IMG/VR virus record: IMGVR_UViG_3300030372_002245
Span: 568 to 64,567 of that record
DNA length: 64,000 nt
Direction: 5' to 3' (one strand)
From: a virus
Taxonomy: Duplodnaviria > Caudoviricetes
Below the pieces are notes generated by a model. That model saw only the letters and a list, made by a program, of their open reading frames with translations. It did no database searches and was not told the DNA's origin. Below, piece by piece: positions 8,926 through 19,394 of this stretch (position 1 is its first letter; the number at the start of each line of letters is the position of its first letter). The translations under genes and the position numbers were made by a program.

Positions 8926-9776
8926 TGTTGCCTTTTTTAGGAAAAGTTGCTGCAGCTGTTGCGAGTAATGTTCTTACTTCTAAAATTTTAGGTACCGACG
9001 AACAAAAATCCCCTATTGGTACAGGACAGTCTGCGGGTATTCAAGCAGGTCCTCCACTCGAAATAGACCCCATAGAAGGAAGTTCCGTAGACGAGTTTGG
9101 AGAATTTGATACAGAAAATTTTGCAGAAAGTGCTCAAAACGAACAAGATCGTTTAATGGAACTTGTTTTAATGGAGCAAATGAAAGACGATGAGGGCATT
9201 GCTTCATTGTATAGCGGAGGTTATGTACAAAAAGCAGCTTTTGGTGATCTAATCGGAGATATTGATTTATCTCTCGAAGGCATGGATATGCCAATCGAAG
9301 CGCCTGAAGCGCCTGAAGCTAATACTGTTTTGGCACAGATAAAAAATTGGTATAATTCTTTAGACGAAGAAACGCAAAAAGCCTTAATGGAAGGCGCTGA
9401 AGATGTAGGAATCGCAGCTTTTACAAGAATTGTAAGCGGCAAACAGCCTCGTCCTGGAGGTAAAGTACAAACTCCTCAGGCGGGAGGATTCCAAAATAAG
9501 CGAGAAATGCAAAAAATAAAACCGATTCAAGGTTCGAGCTTCGCTGACGGCGGTGCCGTATTAAACAGAAAAATGTTTGCTCAAAATTTTATGCCTGACG
9601 GCGGAAATATTACAGGTCCAGGAGGACCCAAAGATGATTTAATACCTGTTATGGCTAGTAACGGGGAGTATATGCTTTCTAAAGCAGCAGTAGACCAAGC
9701 GGGAGGAGGCAACCACGCGAAAGGAGTTGCAGCATTAGAGGCTTTTAACGCATTAGGAAATATGAGATATGGCTAG
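8925..9776 (+). CDS. Putative internal virion/ejection-associated protein
   Basis: GG.I.GPGGPKDDLIPVMASNGEYML motif; repeated xxGG motifs; first gene of a large-gene cluster. Confidence 0.55.
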   Translation: MLPFLGKVAAAVASNVLTSKILGTDEQKSPIGTGQSAGIQAGPPLEIDPIEGSSVDEFGEFDTENFAESAQNEQDRLMELVLMEQMKDDEGIASLYSGGYVQKAAFGDLIGDIDLSLEGMDMPIEAPEAPEANTVLAQIKNWYNSLDEETQKALMEGAEDVGIAAFTRIVSGKQPRPGGKVQTPQAGGFQNKREMQKIKPIQGSSFADGGAVLNRKMFAQNFMPDGGNITGPGGPKDDLIPVMASNGEYMLSKAAVDQAGGGNHAKGVAALEAFNALGNMRYG

Positions 9777-10752
9777 TAGAGAAGAATACGAATATTCCAG
9801 TCAGGCACCCGCGGGTTACATAGGATCGTTTTTACAACGAGATATTTTCCCACGTGCCCGTGATTTTTTAACTCAACAATTTGATGAAATGGGTCAAGCA
9901 GACTCGAGCCCTTTTACATATACAGGGCAAAGAGTTGCTGATTTTGATCCTCGTGAACGCTATGCAATGCAACTTTCCGATGCGGCTATTGGCAGTTACC
10001 GACCATATCTACGAGCACAAGCCGATACACTGGGGCAAGCACGACAAACTATTGGTCAAGGATTAGGACAATTTGATCCAGGATCGATTAGCGGTTTTTA
10101 CGATCCTTACGAAGATCAAGTTGTACAACAAACACTTCGGGATGTTAGTGAAGGGTTGGCTAAAAGTGATATTGGACTGCGTGATCAAGCAGTTCAAGGT
10201 GGAGCGTTTGGTTCTGCACGTTCTAGGCTTAGACGTGAAGATTTAGCCGCAGATACGGCTCGAGGAGCCGCAGAAGCGGTTGGCGGAATACGGTCTGCAG
10301 GTTATCAAGGCGCGAGAGGAGCAGCACAACAAGCATTTGAAGCACAACAAAATAGACGATTACAAGGCGGACAAATGTTTGGAGGTATCGGCGGTCTGTA
10401 CGGCGGTATGGCTCCAGCACTTCAAGGACTACAAGGACAAGATATTAATCGAATGATGGGCATGGGTGGACTCGGTCGAGGAAGAAGCCAGTCGCTTATG
10501 GATCTCGGTTATCAAAACTTTGTTGGTCAATATAATTTACCGATGCAAACATTACAAAACGTTGGTGCGATTACCGCGTCTCTCGGACCGCTTGCAGGTG
10601 GTTACGGGTATGCGGGCGCTACAGCCGCACCTTATGGAAGTGCTTACGCTCCCGCAGGTGGAGTTATGGGCGCTCCTAATGTAGGAATTCCTGGAGCTTA
10701 TAATATGGGTAACTTCAATTTTAATAGTATGACGGGAGGCTCGTTGTTCTAA
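9769..10752 (+). CDS. Putative DNA ejection protein (Gly/Gln/Ala-rich)
   Basis: NPY-like FYDPYEDQVVQQT...GAFGSAR motif; composition of podovirus pilot proteins. Confidence 0.55.
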   Translation: MASREEYEYSSQAPAGYIGSFLQRDIFPRARDFLTQQFDEMGQADSSPFTYTGQRVADFDPRERYAMQLSDAAIGSYRPYLRAQADTLGQARQTIGQGLGQFDPGSISGFYDPYEDQVVQQTLRDVSEGLAKSDIGLRDQAVQGGAFGSARSRLRREDLAADTARGAAEAVGGIRSAGYQGARGAAQQAFEAQQNRRLQGGQMFGGIGGLYGGMAPALQGLQGQDINRMMGMGGLGRGRSQSLMDLGYQNFVGQYNLPMQTLQNVGAITASLGPLAGGYGYAGATAAPYGSAYAPAGGVMGAPNVGIPGAYNMGNFNFNSMTGGSLF

Positions 10753-12377
10753 TGGCTAACGGTTTCTTACCTTTCCCAACTTTCGGTGGTGAAAAAAGTC
10801 CAGGAATAATGTCGGTAAAATTGCCGACTGTGCCTGTTCGTTTTCCGACAGCTCAAAGAACAAGGCGGACACCTGAGCCAACGACTAAAGAAAAATTAGC
10901 TGGTCTTGCTCCTTTTTTAGTACAAGGAATAGGCGGACTTTTTGGCGGAGAAGATACTCCACGCACCCCTGAACAATACGCTATGGAGCAACTTGGTTTA
11001 ACAGAACAGCAGCTTAAAGACGGAGATTTAAATAAATTTCAACAAGCTCAATTAGATGCTTATCGAATTTACGGTGAACCAGCTCCAAAAGATGATTTTG
11101 GTTTTGATGAAATTGCTAATATTGCCGCTGCTTCCATGATGGGTAGAGGTGCAGGTGATTACGTGAAAACTTATTTAGCCTTGAAAAAAGATGCAAAAGC
11201 TAAAGAAGCAACTAAAGAAATAAGCCGAGCAGATTTTATTAAATCACGAACAGATGCGAATTTACAAAACGAAACTTATATTGATTTTAATTCTTTAAAA
11301 CAAGGTATTTGGGATCCTCGTGATGCTAAATTTGATCCAGACACAGGGTCAACTTTAATTACTACGGACGATAAAGAAGATTATGCAGATATTTTAGATG
11401 AGCAATTTAAAGGAAGAAATTATGTAAGTCTTAGTAGTATTATAGCAAATGGGGTTGATCCTAGTTCGTTTATAGATAAAAATTACCAAACACTAGCCAC
11501 TATTGAAACAGAAATTTTAAATAAAGATAGGTCAGCAATGCAATTTGTAAATATTGCAGGGGAAGCTATCGAATTTTTAGATAATCCCGATTCAACGATA
11601 AGTACCGTTGCTAACGTAGAAAGAGCATTAGATAGTGTTTTAGTAAACGTTGATCAAATAATGAATAGGTTTGGAGTTCCTTTCGCAACCGAAGCCGATG
11701 TTAGACTAGGAATAGACTCTGGAACGGGAGCCTTATCTTCACAACTTTACGATGCTTTAAAATCAGGAAATGACGAAGAACAACAAGCGGCAATGGCAGC
11801 TTTTGAAAAAGAAAATGAAACAGTTAATTTTAGAAAAATTTTAGGTGATAGAGCTTATGAAAACGTAAGAGTTCGTTCTCTTATGTTGCAAATGGCATAT
11901 CTTGCCGCAGCTGCAAATGGTCAAACAGGTCGAACGCTTTCAGATAAAGATTTAGCCTACCATTTAGAAATGGTTGGTGTGGGAGCTTCAGATAATCCTC
12001 AAGTAGTTAAAAAGAATATAATCGGACTGGTTAATCAAATTCTTAAAGACACAGATACTTATGCACGATCTAGTCTTCCTATAAACACCATAGACGCTGG
12101 AAGGTATGGTTCTTTAGATACTTTGCAAAAAGATGAACAACTTCAAGGTTTTATAAACGTGCTTTATGATGTTGACGGAAAAAACTATAAAAACACAGAC
12201 GGTTATCAGTTTAAAAATATCTTAACCAGACATCGTCAAGATCCGAGTCTTACAAACTGGTACGCTACCTATGGAGAGATGCCCGCTTCCAAATCAGGAA
12301 CAAATGTTTCAGGTGATCAAGAAGGAACAGCTTCGCTAGATGAGACTATTTTAGAAAGAATAAATCGCATGAAATAA
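10752..12377 (+). CDS. Putative internal virion/ejection protein
   Basis: 541 aa, helical, coupled in the cluster. Confidence 0.5.
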   Translation: MANGFLPFPTFGGEKSPGIMSVKLPTVPVRFPTAQRTRRTPEPTTKEKLAGLAPFLVQGIGGLFGGEDTPRTPEQYAMEQLGLTEQQLKDGDLNKFQQAQLDAYRIYGEPAPKDDFGFDEIANIAAASMMGRGAGDYVKTYLALKKDAKAKEATKEISRADFIKSRTDANLQNETYIDFNSLKQGIWDPRDAKFDPDTGSTLITTDDKEDYADILDEQFKGRNYVSLSSIIANGVDPSSFIDKNYQTLATIETEILNKDRSAMQFVNIAGEAIEFLDNPDSTISTVANVERALDSVLVNVDQIMNRFGVPFATEADVRLGIDSGTGALSSQLYDALKSGNDEEQQAAMAAFEKENETVNFRKILGDRAYENVRVRSLMLQMAYLAAAANGQTGRTLSDKDLAYHLEMVGVGASDNPQVVKKNIIGLVNQILKDTDTYARSSLPINTIDAGRYGSLDTLQKDEQLQGFINVLYDVDGKNYKNTDGYQFKNILTRHRQDPSLTNWYATYGEMPASKSGTNVSGDQEGTASLDETILERINRMK

Positions 12378-15300
12378 TGGCGACTTCCAAAGACATATTT
12401 TTAGAACAACAGTCAGCTCTTGTTGATGAATTGTCAAAAAGAACTCTTACTGACAACAGTAATCGTACATACGGCAGTGTTTTAAACCAAGATGAGCTTG
12501 GTGTTTTAGCTGTTCTTTCCAGTCCAGAGCTAAATACAATAGCACAAAGAATGATGAGCCCTGACGTATATAACCAATACGTTAGCAGTTTTGATCCTAA
12601 AACACGGTTATCAAGGTATAATCTTCCTCCGATTGATTATAGTGATCCAGTTTTTGAAAAAGCTCGGGAAACGTACAAGGCAGAACAAGAAAGAATGAGG
12701 TCTGTTAAAGAGGAACTTGGACCAACTAGAGAAGCTATGTTGTCTGGTACTGCTGGTATGCCTATTCCTGAAAGAATCGAGCCTTTTAAATTTGGTTACG
12801 AAGATGCAAAAACAATAGCAAGTTTAGGTATCAACCCAGAAAAAGAATTAGATACAGAAAATATTGTTAATTTTAAAAATAGAATGGCTTTCGGAGCTCC
12901 AAGAAATCTAACACCTAAAGATTTAAATTACGCAAAAGAAAATTTAGGTTTAGGTCCTCTTGATCGGAAAAATCCTAATGTAAAAAGTAGTTTTTCAGAA
13001 GAACTTCCTGGAGAATTTGCTTATGTCGATCCGTCGAGACCAGAGCTCGGCATAGCTTATTTTGAAGAAGGTAAGGAACCTGTTATGTATGATTCTCCTT
13101 TGGTTGGGAGTATGGATGTAGCAGAACTTGCATTACAAGAAGGTCCTTTAATCGCCGCAGAAGTTTTAATAGGTGCAAAAGGGTTAAATAAATTCGATGA
13201 TTTCTTAAAAGCTATTCCAAGATCCGAAGTAACTAAGGGTAAAAGGATTCTGGACAGTGTTGCAGGTAACGTTTTATTATCAGGCGGTGCGGCTACTACA
13301 AATATGTTGCAAAGGTTTATAGGACTTGCTTATGGGGCTCACGATAGAGGGTTGCTCGATATGGTCAAAGAGTCTGGTTGGTTATTCCTTTTAGCTTACG
13401 CAGGCAATCAAACAGTAGATGCTTTTTTGAACGGAATTCCTAAACTATATCGAATTGCAAGAGGTCAAGACATCGAAGCTGCAGAATTAGCAGAAATAAG
13501 AGCAGCAATAGAACGAATACGAGAAAGTAAAGAAGGTGTAAAAGTTAAAGGTGTTGGTGGCAGAGAAGAAGCTGTTAGTTTATTAGATATAGATGAAGCG
13601 ATAACTCAACTTAGTGCTGAAATTGGAGAAAAAATACCCGCGTATAACCCTACAATGGCTCAAGCATCTAAAGATTCTAGGATTGCAGACATAGAAAGGT
13701 TACTTATTGAATCAGGAGCGAATCCTCAATACAAAAAGTTTTACGATGAACTGATGGCGGGAAATGAGGAAACGATTCAAAGATTTTTTAACGCTTTATA
13801 TGGTAATTTAGATACTGGTGTAACAGCTCAAACAGTTGGAAAAGAAATCACAAATTTATTTAATAGACAACGCGGTGATTTTGTTGCAGAAGGAGAAGCT
13901 ATTATTTCAAGACTTCGTGGTAATTTAGATGATTTTAAAAAAGCGGGTGATAAAGGTTTATTAGACGAAGTTGTGGATAAAAAAGCCTCATCAAATTTAT
14001 ACACTCGTTTTACTTCTCGAATTAATAATCTTTCACGAGAGTATAAAGAACAGTTAGGAAACGACATAGACGAAGCATTAAAAGATGAACGATTGCAAAA
14101 TTTGTTTAGTGGACGATTATTTAGAAAAAATCTTTTAAAATTTAAAAATGCTTCACAGGGTGAAGATTTAATAAACGTTGGCGGTAAAGAAGCTGCTGCT
14201 GAATTTAAAAAATTATTTAGTGAGGAAGCTCAAGAACGGTTGCTTAGATATTCAGAAGGCGATTTAACGCTTTCTGAAATAAACAAACTAAGAATGGATT
14301 TAAATTCATATGCGAGCAGTATAGACCCTTCGAAAGACGCAGCCTCTACTAAAATTTTTAACTTAGCTAGAGATTTACAAAACGATATCGAAAATCAAAT
14401 GATACAACAAGTTCGTAATCAGCTTCCTCGAAACGAAGCAGATGAGCTTGTTGATTTATTTATGGCTCAAAAATACGGTATGGAATTAGCAAACAATATT
14501 GTTATTAGAAATTTAGGCAGAGAACAGCCAGAGTCTATAATAAATTATTTGTTTTCTACTAATACACCTCGAGCAGCAAATAACACTAAAGTTGGTAACT
14601 TTATGAAGTTTTTAGAGGAATCAGGAGCACAACCTGAAATAAATACTCTTAGAAACGAAACAATAGACTATATAAAAAGAAATTATTTAGACGTTGAAGG
14701 AACATCGTCTTTAAAACTAGCTTCTGATTATAGAAAATTTTTACGAAATAATAGGGGCACTTTGCGAGAACTTTTTCCAGAAGAACAGTTTGGAAAAATA
14801 TTTGATAGTCCACAATCTTTTAATAAAAACGTTATAGAACCTTTAACAGGTTTAGAGAATAAAATTAATTTAATGGAAAGAGCTTTTGGAGAAAGCAACC
14901 CGTTCAATATTGTTACAAGAATATTGGGAACAGGTCAAACAAAGAAAGCGTCTGGGGAATTAATTGACGACTTAGATTTACTTGATGAAATTTTAAAAAC
15001 AGCAACAGATAAAGAAAGAAAAATTCTACAACAGCAACTTGGTGATGCAACTAAAAAATATTTAATTACTTTTTCTACAACAGATGGATTTTTTGATGTT
15101 AGAAAATTAAATCGAATAATGGATGAGGGTTTTGGACCTGAAGATTTAGTTGGAGCTGATCTTAGTTTTGCAGGAGTTTATAAACGTTTATTGGGCGATG
15201 ACGCAGATGCTTTTCTTAAAAACTTAAATGTTTTAAGGGACATGGGTTTACGACAAACAACAGACTTAACAACTTCTTCATTAACTCGTAGAGAACTAGA

Positions 15301-15676
15301 ACAACAAATAACAGATCCAGGAATTAATTATTTAAAACGTTTCTTTATTCCACCTTTAACTCAGTTTGGTAGACGAGTAACAGCTTTCGAAAAATTAATT
15401 GGCGAAAGAAATTTAAGTTTTGTTGGAAATATTTTAAAAGACGAAAAACTTTTTAATGATTACGTTGCTGCAATAACAGGAAGGAAAAAATTAAATAATT
15501 TTGCACGGACTTTAATCAGTACGGGCATTCCAATATATGTGGATGTTGGTAATACATTAAAAGATTACGATAAAAACAGAAAAGAATTTGTAGAAGAAGA
15601 TATTCCTTTTTATTCACCAAGAACAGTAGGAGAGTTAGTTCCTGGAATATTAGGAACTAATCAAGGAGCACCATAA
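12377..15676 (+). CDS. Large putative ejection protein (1099 aa)
   Basis: Largest complete ORF; helical composition; position in the cluster. Confidence 0.55.
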   Translation: MATSKDIFLEQQSALVDELSKRTLTDNSNRTYGSVLNQDELGVLAVLSSPELNTIAQRMMSPDVYNQYVSSFDPKTRLSRYNLPPIDYSDPVFEKARETYKAEQERMRSVKEELGPTREAMLSGTAGMPIPERIEPFKFGYEDAKTIASLGINPEKELDTENIVNFKNRMAFGAPRNLTPKDLNYAKENLGLGPLDRKNPNVKSSFSEELPGEFAYVDPSRPELGIAYFEEGKEPVMYDSPLVGSMDVAELALQEGPLIAAEVLIGAKGLNKFDDFLKAIPRSEVTKGKRILDSVAGNVLLSGGAATTNMLQRFIGLAYGAHDRGLLDMVKESGWLFLLAYAGNQTVDAFLNGIPKLYRIARGQDIEAAELAEIRAAIERIRESKEGVKVKGVGGREEAVSLLDIDEAITQLSAEIGEKIPAYNPTMAQASKDSRIADIERLLIESGANPQYKKFYDELMAGNEETIQRFFNALYGNLDTGVTAQTVGKEITNLFNRQRGDFVAEGEAIISRLRGNLDDFKKAGDKGLLDEVVDKKASSNLYTRFTSRINNLSREYKEQLGNDIDEALKDERLQNLFSGRLFRKNLLKFKNASQGEDLINVGGKEAAAEFKKLFSEEAQERLLRYSEGDLTLSEINKLRMDLNSYASSIDPSKDAASTKIFNLARDLQNDIENQMIQQVRNQLPRNEADELVDLFMAQKYGMELANNIVIRNLGREQPESIINYLFSTNTPRAANNTKVGNFMKFLEESGAQPEINTLRNETIDYIKRNYLDVEGTSSLKLASDYRKFLRNNRGTLRELFPEEQFGKIFDSPQSFNKNVIEPLTGLENKINLMERAFGESNPFNIVTRILGTGQTKKASGELIDDLDLLDEILKTATDKERKILQQQLGDATKKYLITFSTTDGFFDVRKLNRIMDEGFGPEDLVGADLSFAGVYKRLLGDDADAFLKNLNVLRDMGLRQTTDLTTSSLTRRELEQQITDPGINYLKRFFIPPLTQFGRRVTAFEKLIGERNLSFVGNILKDEKLFNDYVAAITGRKKLNNFARTLISTGIPIYVDVGNTLKDYDKNRKEFVEEDIPFYSPRTVGELVPGILGTNQGAP

Positions 15677-16758
15677 TGGCTAGAGGCAGAGGAGCACGAG
15701 GACCTAGATTTGAAGGAGCAGAGCGAACTTTTATAGGAGAACCTGCGCCAACTTATTCACCTGTTACAGCACCGCCTGTATCGGTTCCTAATTATTCGCC
15801 TGTTGCGGGGCTTACTCCTGAGATACTTGATGCCCTTAATTTACGAAAAGAAGCCGTAGACGCAACTAAAAACGCAACAGATCAGTACGAAGCAGACGTA
15901 GCTGATTTTAAAAATATAATGGCGAAAGAAGCGGAACAAGGTATTGCGTCGTTGCCTGCAACAACAAATAAAAATCCTGGAGTTAATTCAATTACATACG
16001 ATCCAAATATTTCACTTCCGTTTCAACGTTTTGACGATCCTAGAGATAATGAAATTCGTTATAATCCATTTTATGAAGATGATGAAGGCAATATACAACG
16101 CTATAAAGGTCCTGATCGCAAATTTATTGAAGAAAAAAGACCGTTTGATAAAACCGCTTTTGATTATCTTAACAGCGGTATGGGTAATCCAGATAATCTT
16201 TCGATTGAAGAACTCATAAGAATGGCTAATATAGAACCAGGAGATGTTCAAGTTCCATATAATACAGAACCAAAACAGTCAACTCCAGGAAATTTTTATC
16301 GAGGAGTTTTTCAAGGAGGTACTAAAACAGTTGGTCCAACAAGAGGTAGAGGCAGAGGTCCAGGAACAGGAGGACAAGGTCCGTATAATCCACCTCCAGT
16401 AGCTCCACCAGTAGCTCCACCAGTAGCTCCACCATCACAGCCCGCGCCTGAAATGTATAAAAGACCAACTTCTTTTGAAAGCGGAGCACCTACGCTTGTT
16501 AGAGCAATGACTCCGAAAAAATTTGGAACGGCTCCAGGATTTGAGCCTGTTTATACGCCACTTCCTCGTCCAACAGCTCCTCCACCTAAAAAACCTCCAA
16601 GGACATTTATAGATGATCAAACCCCTCCAGGAGCGAAAGGCGGAATGTATTTGGGAGACAGTTTTTTAAATAAAGGGCTATCGCAGTTGCCGATGAACGG
16701 ACAAAACGATACACTAACTACACAGGTATTCCAAGCGGGATTCCGACCAAGGAGATAA
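15676..16758 (+). CDS. Pro-rich hypothetical virion-associated protein
   Basis: PPVA x3 (12-nt tandem repeat near 16.39-16.43 kb); GIASL and AKGG motifs. Confidence 0.6.
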   Translation: MARGRGARGPRFEGAERTFIGEPAPTYSPVTAPPVSVPNYSPVAGLTPEILDALNLRKEAVDATKNATDQYEADVADFKNIMAKEAEQGIASLPATTNKNPGVNSITYDPNISLPFQRFDDPRDNEIRYNPFYEDDEGNIQRYKGPDRKFIEEKRPFDKTAFDYLNSGMGNPDNLSIEELIRMANIEPGDVQVPYNTEPKQSTPGNFYRGVFQGGTKTVGPTRGRGRGPGTGGQGPYNPPPVAPPVAPPVAPPSQPAPEMYKRPTSFESGAPTLVRAMTPKKFGTAPGFEPVYTPLPRPTAPPPKKPPRTFIDDQTPPGAKGGMYLGDSFLNKGLSQLPMNGQNDTLTTQVFQAGFRPRR

Positions 16759-16760
16759 TA

Positions 16761-17582
16761 ATGGCAAATGGCATACAAGATTTAACGAGCATAATGACGC
16801 AAGGCGGCAGAGAGGATATTCCTCAACCTATGATGGGTGGAGGTCTTGGAGCAATGATGCCTCCACAAACACCTCCTATGTCTCCTCCTGATATGGGCGG
16901 AATGCCTCCTGATATGATGATGGCTGAACAAATGCCTATGGAAGAAGAACCAATGTCTATTGAACAAGATGCTGGAGCTCTTGCTGAAGCGGTTGTTGGT
17001 CGAGCACAAGGCGATATTGGTGCGGCTGTAGCAATTTTAGACACTGCAAAAGCAATGTTAGTGGAAAGCACTCAACAAGACCCAATGATGATGGAACAAG
17101 ATCCTATGATGATGGCACACGGCGGTCCGATGTACGCGATGGGTGGCAAATATATGAAACCTAAATATGCTGCTGAAGGTGAGTATTTAGGTGAAGAAAG
17201 CGATACCTTACGTCAAATGATCATGGATAGAATACAAAATAGTCCAATTACAAGTATGGCTGACGTAACTCGTGGTCAAGGAATGATCCTTAACGAAGGC
17301 GATCTGATGGGTATGGGTAGAACTTTGTCTGATGAAGACATAGAAATGTTAATGAGAATGAATTCTCAGACGGGTAGAACTCTGTCTGATGAAGACATGG
17401 AAGCGATTAGAAGAGGCGCAGAAGCAGTAACTGGGGCTGATAAAGACCTTAGACTTGAAAAATTTTTTGAGGCTTATGAAAAAGACCCAGATGGTTTTAG
17501 TAAAGACGCTGAGTATTACAACATGCTTGAAGATGAGCGAAAGAAAGCAGCTGAACGAGCAAAATTATATCGTTCTAGGTAA
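16761..17582 (+). CDS. Met/Pro-rich hypothetical protein
   Basis: MAHGG and YAMGG motifs; duplicated GRTLSDED. Confidence 0.6.
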   Translation: MANGIQDLTSIMTQGGREDIPQPMMGGGLGAMMPPQTPPMSPPDMGGMPPDMMMAEQMPMEEEPMSIEQDAGALAEAVVGRAQGDIGAAVAILDTAKAMLVESTQQDPMMMEQDPMMMAHGGPMYAMGGKYMKPKYAAEGEYLGEESDTLRQMIMDRIQNSPITSMADVTRGQGMILNEGDLMGMGRTLSDEDIEMLMRMNSQTGRTLSDEDMEAIRRGAEAVTGADKDLRLEKFFEAYEKDPDGFSKDAEYYNMLEDERKKAAERAKLYRSR

Positions 17583-19017
17583 TCCAATCTTTCCACTTTT
17601 CATCCCCTAATACTTCTTGAGCGAGGTTTAGTTTCTTTCGTAACGCTTTTACGATCTTTTCATCTACCGTTCCCTTAGAAACAAGATCAATATACGTTAC
17701 TTTATTTGTTTGACCTATACGATGAGCACGGTCTTCAGATTGTAATCGTTTTTCAAGGTCATAATTATTGGAATAATAAACAACGGTATTTGCTTCAGTA
17801 AGTGTAATACCATAACCTCCTGTTTGTACGTTACTAATTAGATATTGTAGTTCTGAATTAGGGTCCTGGAATCGTCTGATAATTTCTTGTCGTTCTTCGT
17901 CAGGTGTTTCGCCATAATACGTCGCAACGCTATCGGTTCCTGTAATCTCTTGTAGTTTATTAAGGATTCTTTTTATATCGTACTGATAGTTCGCCCAGAT
18001 AATTGTTTTACCTCGTACTTCCTCTAAAATATTTACAAGTTCATCTAAACGATTGTTTTTAATCTCGACTTCTTCGCCGTTATCGTGTTTAACGAAACCA
18101 CAAACCACCTGATGTAGTCTTAAAATCTGTGTAAGAACTGAAGTAACGCTGACGATTTCGTGTGAATCAAGTTCAGCCATCGCGTATTCTTTTAATTCGT
18201 TATATATTTTCTTTTGTTCAGGTGTTAGTTCTACTTCTCTCCGCTGATATGTTTTATCAGGAAGGTCTAAACATTCTTTCTTTAATACGCGATACGAAAA
18301 CTTTCCTACGCTATCGGTTAGTTCCTCTAAGTTTTGATAGCCCACCACTTGTCTAAAAGATCGGGCACCCATCTTGCGGTTTAATAACTGAGCGTATCTG
18401 TTTTGAAAGGTGTAATAAGAAGTATAGCCCAACAAATCAGGAGACAAGAACGTGCATTGACTGTATAAATCAAGCGGAGATCGAGTAACGGGAAAACCTG
18501 TTAAAATCCTTCTGTATCTTGCATTGATAGAAAGTTTTAACAGGTTCTTGGTTCGTTGTGCTTTGGGATTTTTAATTGTTGTTGACTCATCTACGGCTAA
18601 GAGCACGTTGTGAGCTAAAATAAATCGTTCGACAAAAGCAACACCTTTTTTGGTGCTGAACGCTTCGACGTTTATAACAAGTATTTTTAAATCGTGATCG
18701 GGTTCGAATAATTTTACCAAATCTTTTTTCTGTTTACGGTTCGGTGCAGGGTTCCATACACCAACGTGTCGCAACACATGGTCTGGCATGTGTGCTGGTA
18801 TTTCTTTTTCTGACCAGTTGCGATAGACACCTTTAGGTGCAACAATAATCGCTCCGTTGATTCCTCCTTTATCGTAAAGGATAGCAATATTATCAATAAG
18901 AACTTTTGATTTACCTGTTCCCATTTCCATAAAATAAGCGTACTCTTTCTCTCTCCAAGAACGCTTTAATGCTTCTAACTGGTGTGTATAAGGCTTTGTC
19001 TTAAATTTATATTTCAT
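17575..19017 (-). CDS. SNF2-family (SF2) helicase
   Basis: The ORF track says +, but the protein reads from the reverse complement (CAT at 19015-17, CTA at 17575-77). Motifs MEMGTGKS, DESTTIKN, LTGFP, GGYGITL, QSEDRAHRIGQ. Confidence 0.92.
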   Translation of the reverse strand: MKYKFKTKPYTHQLEALKRSWREKEYAYFMEMGTGKSKVLIDNIAILYDKGGINGAIIVAPKGVYRNWSEKEIPAHMPDHVLRHVGVWNPAPNRKQKKDLVKLFEPDHDLKILVINVEAFSTKKGVAFVERFILAHNVLLAVDESTTIKNPKAQRTKNLLKLSINARYRRILTGFPVTRSPLDLYSQCTFLSPDLLGYTSYYTFQNRYAQLLNRKMGARSFRQVVGYQNLEELTDSVGKFSYRVLKKECLDLPDKTYQRREVELTPEQKKIYNELKEYAMAELDSHEIVSVTSVLTQILRLHQVVCGFVKHDNGEEVEIKNNRLDELVNILEEVRGKTIIWANYQYDIKRILNKLQEITGTDSVATYYGETPDEERQEIIRRFQDPNSELQYLISNVQTGGYGITLTEANTVVYYSNNYDLEKRLQSEDRAHRIGQTNKVTYIDLVSKGTVDEKIVKALRKKLNLAQEVLGDEKWKDWIT

Positions 19018-19044
19018 GGTTATACTTTCTAATTTCTAAACTCC

Positions 19045-19076
19045 ATTATATATTACAAAAGTATCTAAAATAAAGC
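19045..19076 (-). promoter_or_regulatory. Promoter for the SNF2 helicase
   Basis: Reverse strand GCTTTATT...TATAAT (17-18 bp spacer), same GCTTTA family as the + strand promoters. Confidence 0.55.
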
Positions 19077-19090
19077 CCAAAGTAATAAAT

Positions 19091-19255
19091 TCCTCGTGCC
19101 CTCTAATAGATTTAGCGATTTCTAATAGATTTTGTTTGAAAACTAATAGAGTACAATCCTCTAAAACATTGAGTTTTGTTAAAAATCTATTAGATTATTA
19201 GCGATATTAGTAGTTTTTGAAAAGTTTTTATTATAAAATTTTTATTTCTCAGAAA
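19091..19255 (-). repeat. Iteron-like element copy 1 (CTAATAGA boxes), inverted homolog of 43068-43245
   Basis: CTAATAGA at 19103, 19122 and 19143; inverted TCTATTAG at 19186; A/T tracts. Confidence 0.75.
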
Positions 19256-19284
19256 TACTATAGTTTTTAATAAATAAATAACCC

Positions 19285-19313
19285 TTTACTTTGACGTAAT
19301 TGGTAGATATCTT
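19285..19313 (+). promoter_or_regulatory. Sigma70-like promoter of the replication operon
   Basis: TTTACT-17-TATCTT. Confidence 0.6.
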
Positions 19314-19327
19314 TAAAAAACGCTAAC

Positions 19328-19372
19328 GAGATATAGCGCTTAGTAATCCCCCCTTCATAGGTGCTATATCTT
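19328..19372 (+). promoter_or_regulatory. 5' leader hairpin
   Basis: AGATATAGCGC (19329-39) pairs with GTGCTATATCT (19361-71); C-rich loop. Confidence 0.55.
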
Positions 19373-19394
19373 AGAAATCAGAAAGGAGAAAAAA

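Noticed and set aside
17575-19017. Plus-strand label for the 480-aa helicase in the ORF track
   Set aside because: The protein is encoded by the reverse complement (start CAT 19015-17, stop CTA 17575-77).
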